From an uncultured Bdellovibrionales bacterium (GTDB lineage: Bacteria; Myxococcota; XYA12-FULL-58-9; CAYXVF01): a stretch of 64,000 nt of DNA. Below the pieces are notes generated by a model, which saw nothing but the letters and a program-made list of their open reading frames with translations, searched no databases and was not told the DNA's origin. Position numbers and translations under genes: made by a program. This document shows positions 9,925 to 19,353 of the stretch, piece after piece. Position 1 is the stretch's first letter, and every line of letters begins with the position of its first letter. The DNA is taken from assembly GCA_964468125.1 (NCBI GenBank), contig CAYXVF010000007.1, positions 16,531 through 80,530 on the forward strand. The letters run 5' to 3'.

Positions 9925-11022
9925 ATGGCGACCGTTTTCTATGGATTGGCCGGCGAGGGCCGAGGGCACGCGATGCGCGCCCGCACGGTGATCGAGCACC
10001 TGCGAAGAGAGGGCCACCGGGTCGTGATCTACACCTTCGGTCAGGCGCTCGAGGTCCTCGAGCCGATCTACGAGGGGACCGATGTCGAGATCAACGCGAT
10101 TCCGGGACTGCGCTGGGGCTACGTGGGCAAGAAGGTGAGCTTCTTCAAGACGACGTTCCAAGCCTTTCCCCTTCTCGCTCAGATCCCGTTCTACGCCCAC
10201 CGCATCGCAAAACGCATGCGCCAAGAGCGCGTCGACCTCGTTCTCTCGGACTTCGAGCCCATCACGATTCATGCGGCCAAGCGTGCGAAGGTGCCGCTGT
10301 GGTCCCTGGACCACCAGCGCTTCTTGCAGGTCTGTGACCTCGGCAAGCTCCCCTGGTTCGAGGCCTTCCGCGTCTGGTGCATGCGCACGGCCATCAACAT
10401 TGTCTACGGCGACCCGGATCGCATGTTCGTCTCGGGCTTCTATTTGCCGGAGCTCAAGAAGCCGAACCCCAAAGTCGAGCGCGTCGGCATCCTGATGCGC
10501 GACGTGGTGTTGAAGGCCAAGCCGACCAAGGGCGAGCATCTGCTGGCCTACATGCGACGGGATTGCCCCGAGCATTTCATCGACATGCTGGCAGGCTGCG
10601 GCCGCGAGGTCCGCCTCTACGGTCTCGGCAAGCAGGAGCCGCGCGGCAGCATCGTATACCGGGAGATCGACACGGAGCGCTTCATCGCCGATCTCGCCAG
10701 CTGCGCGGGGCTCATCTGCACCGCGGGCAATCAGCTGATCGGCGAAGCGATGTACATGTCGAAGGCGGTGCTCGCGCTTCCCGAGGCGAGCAACTCCGAG
10801 CAGCAAATGAACGCGCACCTTCTGAAAATGTCCGGCGCCGGGATGGTGGTCGATTTTGACAGCGTGAAGCCGGAGGACTTCGAGACCTTCATCGACCGCA
10901 CGGAGACGATGGGGCGTCGGATCGACCCGACATCGGTGTCTGCAAACGAAACCGTCCTGAGCGCGATCGATGCCCAGCTCGCGAGCCGGACGGTGCGAAA
11001 AGCGGCGCGCAAGGTCGGCTGA
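9925..11022 (+). CDS. glycosyltransferase (GT-B fold, GT28/MJ1255-like)
   Basis: N-terminal 'MATVFYGLAGEGRGHAMRA' matches the G-rich nucleotide-sugar loop of MurG/GT28-like enzymes. C-terminal 'CTAGNQLIGEAMYMSKAVLALP' is the donor-binding region. GGAG SD 9 nt upstream of ATG 9925. The listed ORF 9643 start is an upstream extension. Confidence 0.6.
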   Translation: MATVFYGLAGEGRGHAMRARTVIEHLRREGHRVVIYTFGQALEVLEPIYEGTDVEINAIPGLRWGYVGKKVSFFKTTFQAFPLLAQIPFYAHRIAKRMRQERVDLVLSDFEPITIHAAKRAKVPLWSLDHQRFLQVCDLGKLPWFEAFRVWCMRTAINIVYGDPDRMFVSGFYLPELKKPNPKVERVGILMRDVVLKAKPTKGEHLLAYMRRDCPEHFIDMLAGCGREVRLYGLGKQEPRGSIVYREIDTERFIADLASCAGLICTAGNQLIGEAMYMSKAVLALPEASNSEQQMNAHLLKMSGAGMVVDFDSVKPEDFETFIDRTETMGRRIDPTSVSANETVLSAIDAQLASRTVRKAARKVG

Positions 11023-11042
11023 CCTGAAGAACGGGCGCTCGC

Positions 11043-13379
11043 CTAGGCGCGCTCGTTGTCGTCTTCGTCGATTTCTTCTTCGTCGTCGACTTCTTCGTAC
11101 TCGTATTCGTATTCTTCGTCGTCGCCGGGCTCTTCGTCCTCGTCGACCTCTTCGTACTCGTATTCGTATTCGTCTTCGGCTTCGCGGACCTCTTCGCCCT
11201 CGTCGTCCCCGGCGGTTTCGTCCTCTTCCTCGTATTCCTCTTCGTCTTCGTCGCCCTCTTCCGTATCGACGGAGGGAGGATCGAAGGAGGGCGGCACGGG
11301 CATCTCGACGGTCGGTCGGCTTTCGAGCGCCGCTGTGGCGGCCCCAGGGGATTCGATCCGAAGTGCAAAGCGAAGGGACGCTTCCCCGTCGACGCGGAGC
11401 GCGAGTACGAGGGAGATCCCCTGGTCTTCCCCGCGAAAGCCATCCACGTCTTTGACCGTGGTGCGGATGCGGTCCGCCCACAGATCCACCGGTGCGGAGA
11501 AGCTCAGGTGCACGGTGGTGCCGTCGATGCCCTTCACCGCGACAGCCCTCGCCTCGTGGTACTCCGATTGGGACGGCTCGTGATTCTGGCCTTCGATCAC
11601 CAAGACCGCCTGGTCGAGCCGAATGGGGATCTCCGTGGCGTAGATCAGTCGGCTACCGTCGTTCGCGCGCACCTTGGTCTCGAACACGACCTCCGGTGCG
11701 TCGATGGGGATCCGCAAAGAGCGCTCAACATCCAGAGTCCGGCGAGCGACGCTCGCGAGGGGCAAGGATACGGTGGCATCATAGTGGTAGGTCAGGTCGT
11801 CTTCATCGACCTCATTGCGCTCCACAGACCACTCGGCGTGCTCCGGAGTCAGGTCCAGGCCCGAGCCACTGAAGAGCTCCGCAGCACTCGCCCCCGCATC
11901 GAGGATCCAGTCGCGCATCCCGGAACGATCCGAACGATCGGTGTCGAGCGGGAGGTCCTGCTCCCGGCGTGGCAGAGGGTCGAGCGGACCCCGCGGGCCC
12001 CGAGCTTCGAGCTCCTGAGCGGATGCGAAGGGTGCTTCGGAGGCGCGGGCAAAGAACACCTCGTTGCGCCGAGGAGGGACATCAAAGAGCGTCTTCGCTC
12101 CGAGTCTGTCGTCGAGCGTCCGAATCGCACCACCCTGATGCGGGTCTATCCACGCGGTCAAATAGCGGGTGTTGATGAACACTTCATCGCGAAGATCACT
12201 GTCGCGGTCGTCTTCCTCCTCGCCGATGAAATCCTCGTCTCCTTGGACGAGCGCATCGATCATGAGCTCCGCGCGCAGGAGCTTTTCGTAGGTCGACGAA
12301 CGAAGAAGTGGGTCGGTGAAACCTGCGTGACGCCCGCGCCAATAGGCGTCAGGGGACTGGGCCGCAAAGATCATGCGCTGCGCGGTAGCGAGCTCGCCGG
12401 CCCACTCCGCTTGAAGACCTTCTTCCTCCATCGTGGCGACGGTCTCGCGCAGCTTGTCGCTCGCCCGGAGCATTCGACGCGCGAGCGTGTCGACTTCACG
12501 AAAGCTCTGTAGAAAATCGTGCCAGTCCACCGGCGCTACGCCGCCCGCGTCCGGCTCGATCACGTCGCAGCAGCCATGAATGAACTTCAGAGCGGTCACC
12601 GAACGCACCTGCTCGAAGCTATCGCCCGGGCGGACGGTCTCGATCTCCGGTCGCTTCCCACCCAACGCATCGAGAAAGCTCGCAAGCCAGCCGCGTTCAA
12701 ACGCCCAGGCTCGGCTTCCGAGCTCGAAGCCGAGCCGTTCGCCTCGGACCCACACCGAGATCACCGGTCGGCTCTGCCCGCCGGCGCGGTCGACCACCGA
12801 GTCGATCCAGCGGTACACGTCGGAGCCGACGATGGAGCGCGACAGGGTGTCATCGAGAATGAAGGCGGGAAGCTTGTGGCCACCGCGCTCGAACACCCCG
12901 AGGCCGCGATGGGGATAGTCATCGCGCAAGAACTGAGAGGCGGCGCCAAAACTGTAGAGCGTATCCGTGTCGCTGAGGAAGCGCGGCACCTCGGTGGTCC
13001 AGGCCAGCTCCGGGAGCCAAATGCCGCTCGGTGCCTCGCCCACGAGCGATTCCCAGTACTCCGTGCTCATCTCGAGCTGGGCGCGAATGTCCTCTTCGGG
13101 CAGGAGCGCTGGCAAGCCGCCGTAGAACAGGCCTCCGAGGACCTCTACCTGCTCACGCAGAACGAGGGCTCGGATCCGCATGAGGAGCGGCTCGCGGAAC
13201 TTGGAGAGAAAATCCAAGAGGTGGCCGCCGAAGTGGAGGGCGACGCGGAGAGTGGGCCGAGCCTCGAGGTGTTCGATGAAAGGCTCGTAGAATCGCTCAC
13301 ATGCGGTGGAAAGCTCATCCTTTCCAACCGAAAGCGGCTGGTGAAAGGGAATGACGAGCTGGAGCTGAATCGGTTCCAT
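11043..13379 (-). CDS. glycoside hydrolase family 57-like protein with acidic low-complexity C-terminal tail
   Basis: N-terminal 'LVIPFHQPLSVGKDEL' is the GH57 region-I HQP motif. 778 aa. The last about 110 aa are D/E/Y-rich '(EYEYEYEEVDEDEE)x2'. Confidence 0.6.
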   Translation of the reverse strand: MEPIQLQLVIPFHQPLSVGKDELSTACERFYEPFIEHLEARPTLRVALHFGGHLLDFLSKFREPLLMRIRALVLREQVEVLGGLFYGGLPALLPEEDIRAQLEMSTEYWESLVGEAPSGIWLPELAWTTEVPRFLSDTDTLYSFGAASQFLRDDYPHRGLGVFERGGHKLPAFILDDTLSRSIVGSDVYRWIDSVVDRAGGQSRPVISVWVRGERLGFELGSRAWAFERGWLASFLDALGGKRPEIETVRPGDSFEQVRSVTALKFIHGCCDVIEPDAGGVAPVDWHDFLQSFREVDTLARRMLRASDKLRETVATMEEEGLQAEWAGELATAQRMIFAAQSPDAYWRGRHAGFTDPLLRSSTYEKLLRAELMIDALVQGDEDFIGEEEDDRDSDLRDEVFINTRYLTAWIDPHQGGAIRTLDDRLGAKTLFDVPPRRNEVFFARASEAPFASAQELEARGPRGPLDPLPRREQDLPLDTDRSDRSGMRDWILDAGASAAELFSGSGLDLTPEHAEWSVERNEVDEDDLTYHYDATVSLPLASVARRTLDVERSLRIPIDAPEVVFETKVRANDGSRLIYATEIPIRLDQAVLVIEGQNHEPSQSEYHEARAVAVKGIDGTTVHLSFSAPVDLWADRIRTTVKDVDGFRGEDQGISLVLALRVDGEASLRFALRIESPGAATAALESRPTVEMPVPPSFDPPSVDTEEGDEDEEEYEEEDETAGDDEGEEVREAEDEYEYEYEEVDEDEEPGDDEEYEYEYEEVDDEEEIDEDDNERA
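11083..11199. repeat. imperfect tandem direct repeat (about 57-60 nt x2) encoding the EYEYEYEEVD acidic tail
   Basis: 'gtcgacttcttcgtactcgtattcgtattc...' repeated at 11083-11139 and 11140-11199. Confidence 0.7.
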
Positions 13380-13412
13380 CGGGATGTGTATCCGGCGGAA
13401 CCAAAGGCGAAG

Positions 13413-14813
13413 TCAATCGACCCCCTGGAGCGCATCTAGGCGCGATCGGGCCTCTTCGTGGCGCGCATCTTCATCGTTGGGAATGTACTGGAGCAGCTCC
13501 TGAAGCGACTCGACGGCCCGCTGGCGCTCTCCGAAGCGAATCGCCTGCTCCGCCGCGAAGATGTACGACTCGAAGGTTTCCTGTAGCTCACGCTCGGCCT
13601 TCCGGAGACTCTTGCCGATATCGTAGTAGAGCGGCGGTCGCTCATCGATGCCCTCCAAGAAGAGACTGGCCTTCTCGAAGTACTCGATCGAGCGCGCGAG
13701 GTTCGGTCGAGCGACCGTCCGTGTATCGAAGGCTGCCTTGCCTAGGTCGAAGAGCTGCTGCGCCCGGTCCACGTCTACTTCGGGCAGTGGACTCTCGTTC
13801 ACCGAAATCCGAGCGACCCCCCACCGCGGCACCGAGCCCGCGAGGGGGTGGTGCACGAAGGCGATCAGATTGCGCCCGTTGTAGAGAAGCTCGCGCGGCA
13901 GGTCGATCGTGTGTCCCGCGGTCCAGCGCGCGGGGGAGGCCGGTGCGTGGCCAATGCGCTTGCCATTGAGCTCCACACTGACCTCGTCGTCCGTGTCGAT
14001 GCCCCCGGTTGCGAACTCGAGGGTCGCCTTGCCCCCTTCGTAGTCGAAGGCAAAGGTAGCCGAACGCGGCGTGAAGACATCCACCTTGCCCGCGCCAAAG
14101 CGCAGCTCGGCGTTGCTCTCGTTGACGACGAAGACCTCGCCGCTCCGATCGACTTTCGGGCGATGATTGAGAACGAAGTAGGCGCCCACGGTCGCGGCAC
14201 CCAAGACGAGCGCGAGGGAGAGCGCGGCAACGACTTTCGAGCGCGCGAAGCGACGGCGACGACGGCGACGACGCGACATCGATCCCGATGCCGAGGACGA
14301 ACGAGAGCCTGAGCGATCACTGCCGAGGCGTACGGGCGTGTTCGGACGACGGCCGGCGCTCATCAACTCGCGCACCGAGTCGGACTCGAACGCTTGGGTT
14401 TCCGCATTCGCCAGATGTCGCCGTTGACTGGCATTGCCTCCGTCCCAGGCGAGCCGCGAGCCACTCGGCCGGTTCCCCTGCTCCTCTTCGTCGAGCTCCA
14501 TCTTGAACTCGAAGGTCACCGGTCCCACGCCGATGCGGTCGCCGTCGTAGAGGTACGCCTCGGTGGTCAGGCTCTCGTTGAGGAAAGTTCCGTTGGCACT
14601 GCCGATGTCGCGAAGGACAAATTCTCCGTATTCGAAGGCGATCTGGCAGTGACCGCGGCTCACGTTGGTGTCGAGGAGCACGAGGTCGCAGGAGGGCATT
14701 CGGCCGATGGTGACGTGCGGCTGATCGAACTCAAACTCCCTCCCTTTGCCCTTGCCGGCGACGATGAAGAGCTTGAATCCCATACTCGCGGGAGTGTAGT
14801 GCGCCTCGCTCAC
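13413..14813 (-). CDS. FHA-domain membrane protein (cytoplasmic FHA - RS/RR-rich linker - single TM - periplasmic domain); terminal gene of the Tad-like operon
   Basis: 'MGFKLFIVAGKGKGREFEF...VTIGRMPSCDLVLLDTNVSRGHCQI...FVLRDIGSANGTFLNE' is an FHA domain. This is followed by 'RRRRRRRRFARSKVVAALSLALVLGAATVGAYFVL', a TM helix. GTG 14813 overlaps the tadC stop as TGA-G-GTG. Alternative ATG at 14783. Confidence 0.8.
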   Translation of the reverse strand: MSEAHYTPASMGFKLFIVAGKGKGREFEFDQPHVTIGRMPSCDLVLLDTNVSRGHCQIAFEYGEFVLRDIGSANGTFLNESLTTEAYLYDGDRIGVGPVTFEFKMELDEEEQGNRPSGSRLAWDGGNASQRRHLANAETQAFESDSVRELMSAGRRPNTPVRLGSDRSGSRSSSASGSMSRRRRRRRRFARSKVVAALSLALVLGAATVGAYFVLNHRPKVDRSGEVFVVNESNAELRFGAGKVDVFTPRSATFAFDYEGGKATLEFATGGIDTDDEVSVELNGKRIGHAPASPARWTAGHTIDLPRELLYNGRNLIAFVHHPLAGSVPRWGVARISVNESPLPEVDVDRAQQLFDLGKAAFDTRTVARPNLARSIEYFEKASLFLEGIDERPPLYYDIGKSLRKAERELQETFESYIFAAEQAIRFGERQRAVESLQELLQYIPNDEDARHEEARSRLDALQGVD

Positions 14814-14814
14814 C

Positions 14815-15672
14815 TCAGCCGCCTCGATACAGCCAGTCGAACACCAGGGGCCCCGCCAGAATCACCCAGATCGTCGGGAAGATGAAGACCACCAAGGGGA
14901 TCAACATCTTGACCGGAGCCTCGCCCGCGGCCTTTTCAGCCCGCTGGAAGCGCTCGCTGCGCAGCTGGTCCGCCTGGATCCGCAGGGTCTTGCCGAGACC
15001 GGTGCCGAGCCGGTCCGCCTGGATCATCGCCGAGAGAAAATTCGAGAGGGCCGGCAGACCGACCCGTGAGCTGACGGATTCCATCGCTTCTGCGCGGGTC
15101 TTGCCGACGCGGATCTCTCCGAGCATGCGCGCGAGCTCGTCGCGGAGTGGGCCGGCTTTTCCGCGATCCACCACCTTCGCGATCCCTGCGCCGAAATCGA
15201 GCCCCGCCTCCACGGAAAGCGTCAACAGATCGAGTTGGTAAGGCAGGTCACGCAGAATCAGCGCGTGCCGCTGCTTCACCTTGTCGCGCAGCCAGACGAA
15301 GGGATAGACCGCGCCCAAGACGAAGGTCGCAAGCGACAGCCAGATGGACCAACCGGTGGCGAGAGCGAACCACACGCCAAGGGCAAGCCCCCCGAGGCCC
15401 GCGAGCATCGCCCAGAGGAGCAGCTCCGCAGGGCTCAAGCCCTGGAGCCCCCCTGCCATCACGATCGCACGCTTGACCCGCGAGTCGAGCCTCTCAGGCA
15501 CCACGTGGCCAAACTGGCGCACCCACGTTTCGACGAGGGCCCCTCTGCGTGGGCGATTTCGACGATCCTGTCCCAGGCGCGCGATGGCCACCGCGGCGCG
15601 CACCCGCGAGGTCGCATAGTGGGCAAGGAGGAACGCCACCGTGGCGCAGAGGATGGGAACCAAAAGCTCCAT
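14815..15672 (-). CDS. tadC: Flp pilus assembly inner-membrane platform protein TadC-like (T2SSF domain)
   Basis: T2SSF-type sequence 'LPYQLDLLTLSVEAGLDFGAGIAK...' with 3 TM segments. ATG at 15672 overlaps the tadB stop (ATGA). Confidence 0.75.
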   Translation of the reverse strand: MELLVPILCATVAFLLAHYATSRVRAAVAIARLGQDRRNRPRRGALVETWVRQFGHVVPERLDSRVKRAIVMAGGLQGLSPAELLLWAMLAGLGGLALGVWFALATGWSIWLSLATFVLGAVYPFVWLRDKVKQRHALILRDLPYQLDLLTLSVEAGLDFGAGIAKVVDRGKAGPLRDELARMLGEIRVGKTRAEAMESVSSRVGLPALSNFLSAMIQADRLGTGLGKTLRIQADQLRSERFQRAEKAAGEAPVKMLIPLVVFIFPTIWVILAGPLVFDWLYRGG

Positions 15673-16514
15673 CACACGCGCACCGCAATGACACGCCGAA
15701 TGAACAACGCGCCACACGCCTCCATCAACACGACCAACGCGATCATCGTGTAGCCGAACCAGTGGCTCAACATCGGCCGAGTGAGGTCCGGTCGGATCGC
15801 GTCAAAGGCGAGCCATACCAGGACCGGCATCGCGCCAATCACGACCCCCTGGAGCCGGCCTTGCGCCGTGAGCGCACGGATACGTCCTTCGATCCGGAAG
15901 CGTTCCCGGATTGTGCTCGCGATCCGGTCGAACATCTCCGCTAGGTTGCCACCGAGTGACCTCGCCGTATTGACCGCGGTCACGACGAGCAACAGATCAT
16001 CGCTGCCGACCCGGCCCGCGAGATTCTCGAGCGCTTCTTCCGTGCTCGCGCCGAGGCGAATCTCCCGCACGGTGAGACCGAACTCCTGCGACAAGGGTGC
16101 GGAGGCTGTACGCCCCGTCTCCTCGAGCGCCTGCTGAAAGGTCATCCCCGCCCGGAGGGCCGCTGCGAGGCCGCCGAGCGCGTCGACGAGCTGGCGCTCG
16201 AAGAGTTTGATGCGACGGGCCCGATAGAAGCGGACGAGCAGGGTCGGGCTAGCCGCCCCAAATCCGACGAGGACGACCGTGACAACGGGGCCAAAGAGCA
16301 AGAGGCCCAGTGCCGCCCCCAAGGCCGTGATCGCCACCGTGAGGATCACGAGCTGACGCGGCCCGACGAAGAAGAACATTTCCGAGAGGTCGCTCACCCG
16401 CCGAGCCAGGTAGCGCTCCTCGTACTGGGCAAAGGCGCGCCGGAGCACGTCGATGACGACCACCGTGAGAAAGAAGACCGCGCCCGCGGTCATGAGAAGA
16501 ACGAGCACGTCCAT
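15672..16514 (-). CDS. tadB: Flp pilus assembly inner-membrane platform protein TadB-like (T2SSF domain)
   Basis: 'FERQLVDALGGLAAALRAGMTFQQALEE...' is a T2SSF/GspF-like domain with N- and C-terminal TM helices. 1-nt overlap with cpaB. Confidence 0.75.
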   Translation of the reverse strand: MDVLVLLMTAGAVFFLTVVVIDVLRRAFAQYEERYLARRVSDLSEMFFFVGPRQLVILTVAITALGAALGLLLFGPVVTVVLVGFGAASPTLLVRFYRARRIKLFERQLVDALGGLAAALRAGMTFQQALEETGRTASAPLSQEFGLTVREIRLGASTEEALENLAGRVGSDDLLLVVTAVNTARSLGGNLAEMFDRIASTIRERFRIEGRIRALTAQGRLQGVVIGAMPVLVWLAFDAIRPDLTRPMLSHWFGYTMIALVVLMEACGALFIRRVIAVRV

Positions 16515-17344
16515 CAGTTCGGCACCGTCTCGGTCTCGCGGCGGTCGCCGCGAATGATCTCGACCTTGAAGATCTTGGACTGTGTCTTCGAGATCCGTTT
16601 CGAGCGCTCACCGGTGAGCAGGGTCTGGAGAGTCGTACGACCTTCTCCGAGGTCATAGATCTCGTTGTCCTCCGGCGAACGCAGCGTGAGGTAAAGCTGG
16701 CCGAGCTCCTGCCCCAAAAGAAGCATCTCCGCCGCCTCCGGGAGCACGTGCAGGGTGACCGTGTTGTAGGCGCGCTCCGCCTCGCTCAAAAGCCTCCGGT
16801 TCGTGCGACCCCCGATCCTTCCCGTTGCGAGGACGATCACGTTCTGAAGCATCGTGACCGCGGCCATGTCCCGCCTCCCGTCGCGAAAAACGCCGAGCAC
16901 GTCGACCCGGTCGCCCGGCTCGATCCAGTGGTGCACAGAGCTTTCCGGGCTGACGCGTACGGACACGGCACGCCCCTTCTCCTGAATCGTACTCGAGAGC
17001 TTCTGATCACCGGCGAGCGTGTGAATGTGCGAGTAGAGAAGCACGTCACCCGCGAGCATGGGCGTTCCGAGCTTTCGGCCCACCACCGGCGCGCGATTGA
17101 AGTCTTCTACCGTGACCACCGACCGCGTCACTGAGCGGCGCGGCAAGGTGCCTACCGCCAATGCTTCGCGGGTCAGGGTATCGCCGACCTGCAAATCGCG
17201 GTTCGCGACGATCACCTCCACCGGGTCCCAACCGCGGGTAATCGCCTCGCGCTGCTTCTTGACGAGCAAGTAAGCCACGACACCGGCGAGAACCGCGAAG
17301 ACCGCGGCAATGATGAGGGGAGTACGTCCTTGCAGCATGGTCAT
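16514..17344 (-). CDS. cpaB: Flp pilus assembly protein CpaB/RcpC (SAF domain)
   Basis: N-terminal TM 'LIIAAVFAVLAGVVAYLL' followed by a SAF-like domain 'VIVANRDLQVGDTLTREAL...'. Typical CpaB length of 276 aa. Confidence 0.75.
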   Translation of the reverse strand: MTMLQGRTPLIIAAVFAVLAGVVAYLLVKKQREAITRGWDPVEVIVANRDLQVGDTLTREALAVGTLPRRSVTRSVVTVEDFNRAPVVGRKLGTPMLAGDVLLYSHIHTLAGDQKLSSTIQEKGRAVSVRVSPESSVHHWIEPGDRVDVLGVFRDGRRDMAAVTMLQNVIVLATGRIGGRTNRRLLSEAERAYNTVTLHVLPEAAEMLLLGQELGQLYLTLRSPEDNEIYDLGEGRTTLQTLLTGERSKRISKTQSKIFKVEIIRGDRRETETVPN

Positions 17345-17345
17345 C

Positions 17346-17549
17346 TCACGGAATGGGCAAGCTCAGGCCCGTGTGAATGGAATCGATGTAGATGTCGAAG
17401 GTGTTGACGAAGAGTCCAAAGACCGAGACGCGCCCGGCGCCGTCGGGTTCGGGCAGGTAAGGCACAAAGAGTACGACCGCCATCATCAGGAGGAGCAGGC
17501 CGTACTCCGTGGTGGCTTGGCCGCGTTCACTCTCATGGATTCGTTTCAT
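17346..17549 (-). CDS. flp: Flp/Fap-family pilin (67 aa prepilin)
   Basis: 'MKRIHESERGQATTEYGLLLLMMAVVLFV' carries the Flp G-x4-EY processing motif followed by a hydrophobic helix. GGGAGG SD 7 nt upstream. The ATG overlaps the upstream stop (ATGA). Not present as a separate entry in the ORF track; it is embedded in ORF 17346..17873. Confidence 0.75.
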   Translation of the reverse strand: MKRIHESERGQATTEYGLLLLMMAVVLFVPYLPEPDGAGRVSVFGLFVNTFDIYIDSIHTGLSLPIP

Positions 17550-18229
17550 CGTCGCGCCTCCCATCGCAGGGTGGCCGTGCTCTTCGCCTGCCCTGCTTCC
17601 TCGTCGCTGTAGACCGCGAGGTCGAGGTTCTCCTCCCCGTCGCCGAAGGAGGCGAACGCCCGCCGTCCATCTGAGAGTTGCGCGCGGGCCGGACCAAAGC
17701 GCTCTCCGTATCGCTCGATCAACGCATCGCCCTCGACCCTGCAACTCAGAGTCACAACCTCGCGCACTACCGCACCGTCGCGGCTCGCGCTGTGGTGGAG
17801 GGGCTCGCAGCTCTCGTCGATCGGAGCGCGTACGGTGTAGCCGCCCTCTCCAAAGAAACGACGACTCACCCACGCCACGGAGACCTTGCCCTGGCGAGCG
17901 ACCACGACGCTGCGACGCTCGTCACCGTCGGACGCGGTCAAGAGCTCCTCCTCTTCGTTGTAGCGGCGACTCACCACAAACCCCTCGCCGCGCCAGACCG
18001 CTTCGTAGTGCTCGACGATGGTGATCGGGTCGTCCATGCTCAGGAAGTAGGCGAGCTGTCGCTCATCACCATTGAGACGAACCCCTTCCCCGGCAGACAG
18101 GAGCCGATGCTCCGGGTAGTAGGCCCAGCGCAGATCGACCGGTGCACGACCGTCGCGGGCGGCGGCCACACCAGCGAGTGCCGCGAGCGCGCATCCGGCG
18201 AGGAGCACCATCGGAAAAGTACGGATCAT
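17546..18229 (-). CDS. secreted hypothetical protein encoded inside the Tad-like operon
   Basis: Signal peptide 'MIRTFPMVLLAGCALAALAGVAAA', then an acidic soluble domain of about 200 aa. ATGA overlaps on both sides. Confidence 0.6.
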   Translation of the reverse strand: MIRTFPMVLLAGCALAALAGVAAARDGRAPVDLRWAYYPEHRLLSAGEGVRLNGDERQLAYFLSMDDPITIVEHYEAVWRGEGFVVSRRYNEEEELLTASDGDERRSVVVARQGKVSVAWVSRRFFGEGGYTVRAPIDESCEPLHHSASRDGAVVREVVTLSCRVEGDALIERYGERFGPARAQLSDGRRAFASFGDGEENLDLAVYSDEEAGQAKSTATLRWEARR

Positions 18230-19353
18230 CGACACCTCCTGGATTGGGCATCGGCGCACCCCATGAATGCGTTGCCTCGAGCGTTCAGGGCCTCGAGCAT
18301 GTTGCTGCAGAGATCGCGGGGGTTGTCGAAAATCGGCAAGGTCTCGAACGACGTCACCGCGCCGTCCTCCTGTAGCTGCCCGCGCGAGACCCCGGTACGG
18401 CTGAAGGGATTGAACTGCCCGGCGAGCTCTTCGTAGCGTTCGCGATCAACCGCAACGCAGGAGCGGGCGTCGAGATAGGGGCGCGACACGACGTAGCGTC
18501 CCGCGTCCTTCGCCCCAACGAGGCCGAGAAGCCCACCCACCAGACCTCCGCCGGGAAGAACCTTCGGTGCCTCATCGTGAAAGCGCTCGACGACGTGCGC
18601 AAAGGCGCGCCGCGACTCGACCGACTCACTGGGCAGAACCGAGTAGCCGCTGTTGATTCGCCAGCTGTCCACGAGGAGCGTGGAGTCAACCGGCTGCCCT
18701 TCGTCGCGAAGCTCCCGTCCCTGCTGCCCCTGCACCACCGGGGTGAGGTCAAAGCGCGAAACCTCGGCGAGCGCAGCGAATCGTTCCCGGTCAGAGGCGC
18801 GCACCGGCGCAAGAATGCGAACGGAGCCGCGGCCGGTGACGAGACCGCGGTCGTTTAACCCGGCCCGTTGAAAGAAGCCCGCCGCGATGTCGTTCGTAGA
18901 GCCTCCCAATCCCAGCGCTCCGAGGATGAGAGACACGGTCGCGTTCGGCGCGGGGATCTCGAGGTTGGCCACGTCGGGAAGCACCGGCGCGCGCTCCTGG
19001 CGAGCTGCCGTCGGGAGCATCACCGCCGAGACGCTTTGCCGTGCCTGACCTGGAAGAAGCCTCGTGCGTGCCGCGTCGAGATCGAGATAAAGCGCACCGA
19101 CGCGGTCCCGCACGCGATCCCTGGCCTCGTTGAACTTCTCCGTATGCCTGGCGTTTTGACTCTCATAGTCCGAAAGGGGCTCTTGCGCGAAGGCCCAGGT
19201 ATTGAATCGCGCGATCTCCTGGGACTTGAGCTTAAAGAGGCCGACATCGATCAGGTAGACGGAGCCGTAGAACACGCCGATGAGAAGCGGCATGATCAAA
19301 GCGAACTCGGTCAACGCGGAGCCGCGCTCGTATTTCTCCGTTCGCCCTCTCAT
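18226..19353 (-). CDS. TadE/TadG-like pseudopilin (375 aa)
   Basis: N-terminal 'ERGSALTEFALIMPLLIGVFYGSVYL' is the TadE-like motif (PF07811-type). Confidence 0.7.
   Translation of the reverse strand: MRGRTEKYERGSALTEFALIMPLLIGVFYGSVYLIDVGLFKLKSQEIARFNTWAFAQEPLSDYESQNARHTEKFNEARDRVRDRVGALYLDLDAARTRLLPGQARQSVSAVMLPTAARQERAPVLPDVANLEIPAPNATVSLILGALGLGGSTNDIAAGFFQRAGLNDRGLVTGRGSVRILAPVRASDRERFAALAEVSRFDLTPVVQGQQGRELRDEGQPVDSTLLVDSWRINSGYSVLPSESVESRRAFAHVVERFHDEAPKVLPGGGLVGGLLGLVGAKDAGRYVVSRPYLDARSCVAVDRERYEELAGQFNPFSRTGVSRGQLQEDGAVTSFETLPIFDNPRDLCSNMLEALNARGNAFMGCADAQSRRCR

Noticed and set aside
9862-12512. ORFs 9862..11481 (-) and 11508..12512 (+)
   Set aside because: Opposite-strand shadows of the glycosyltransferase and GH57 genes. 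Poly-Arg and poly-Ser translations.
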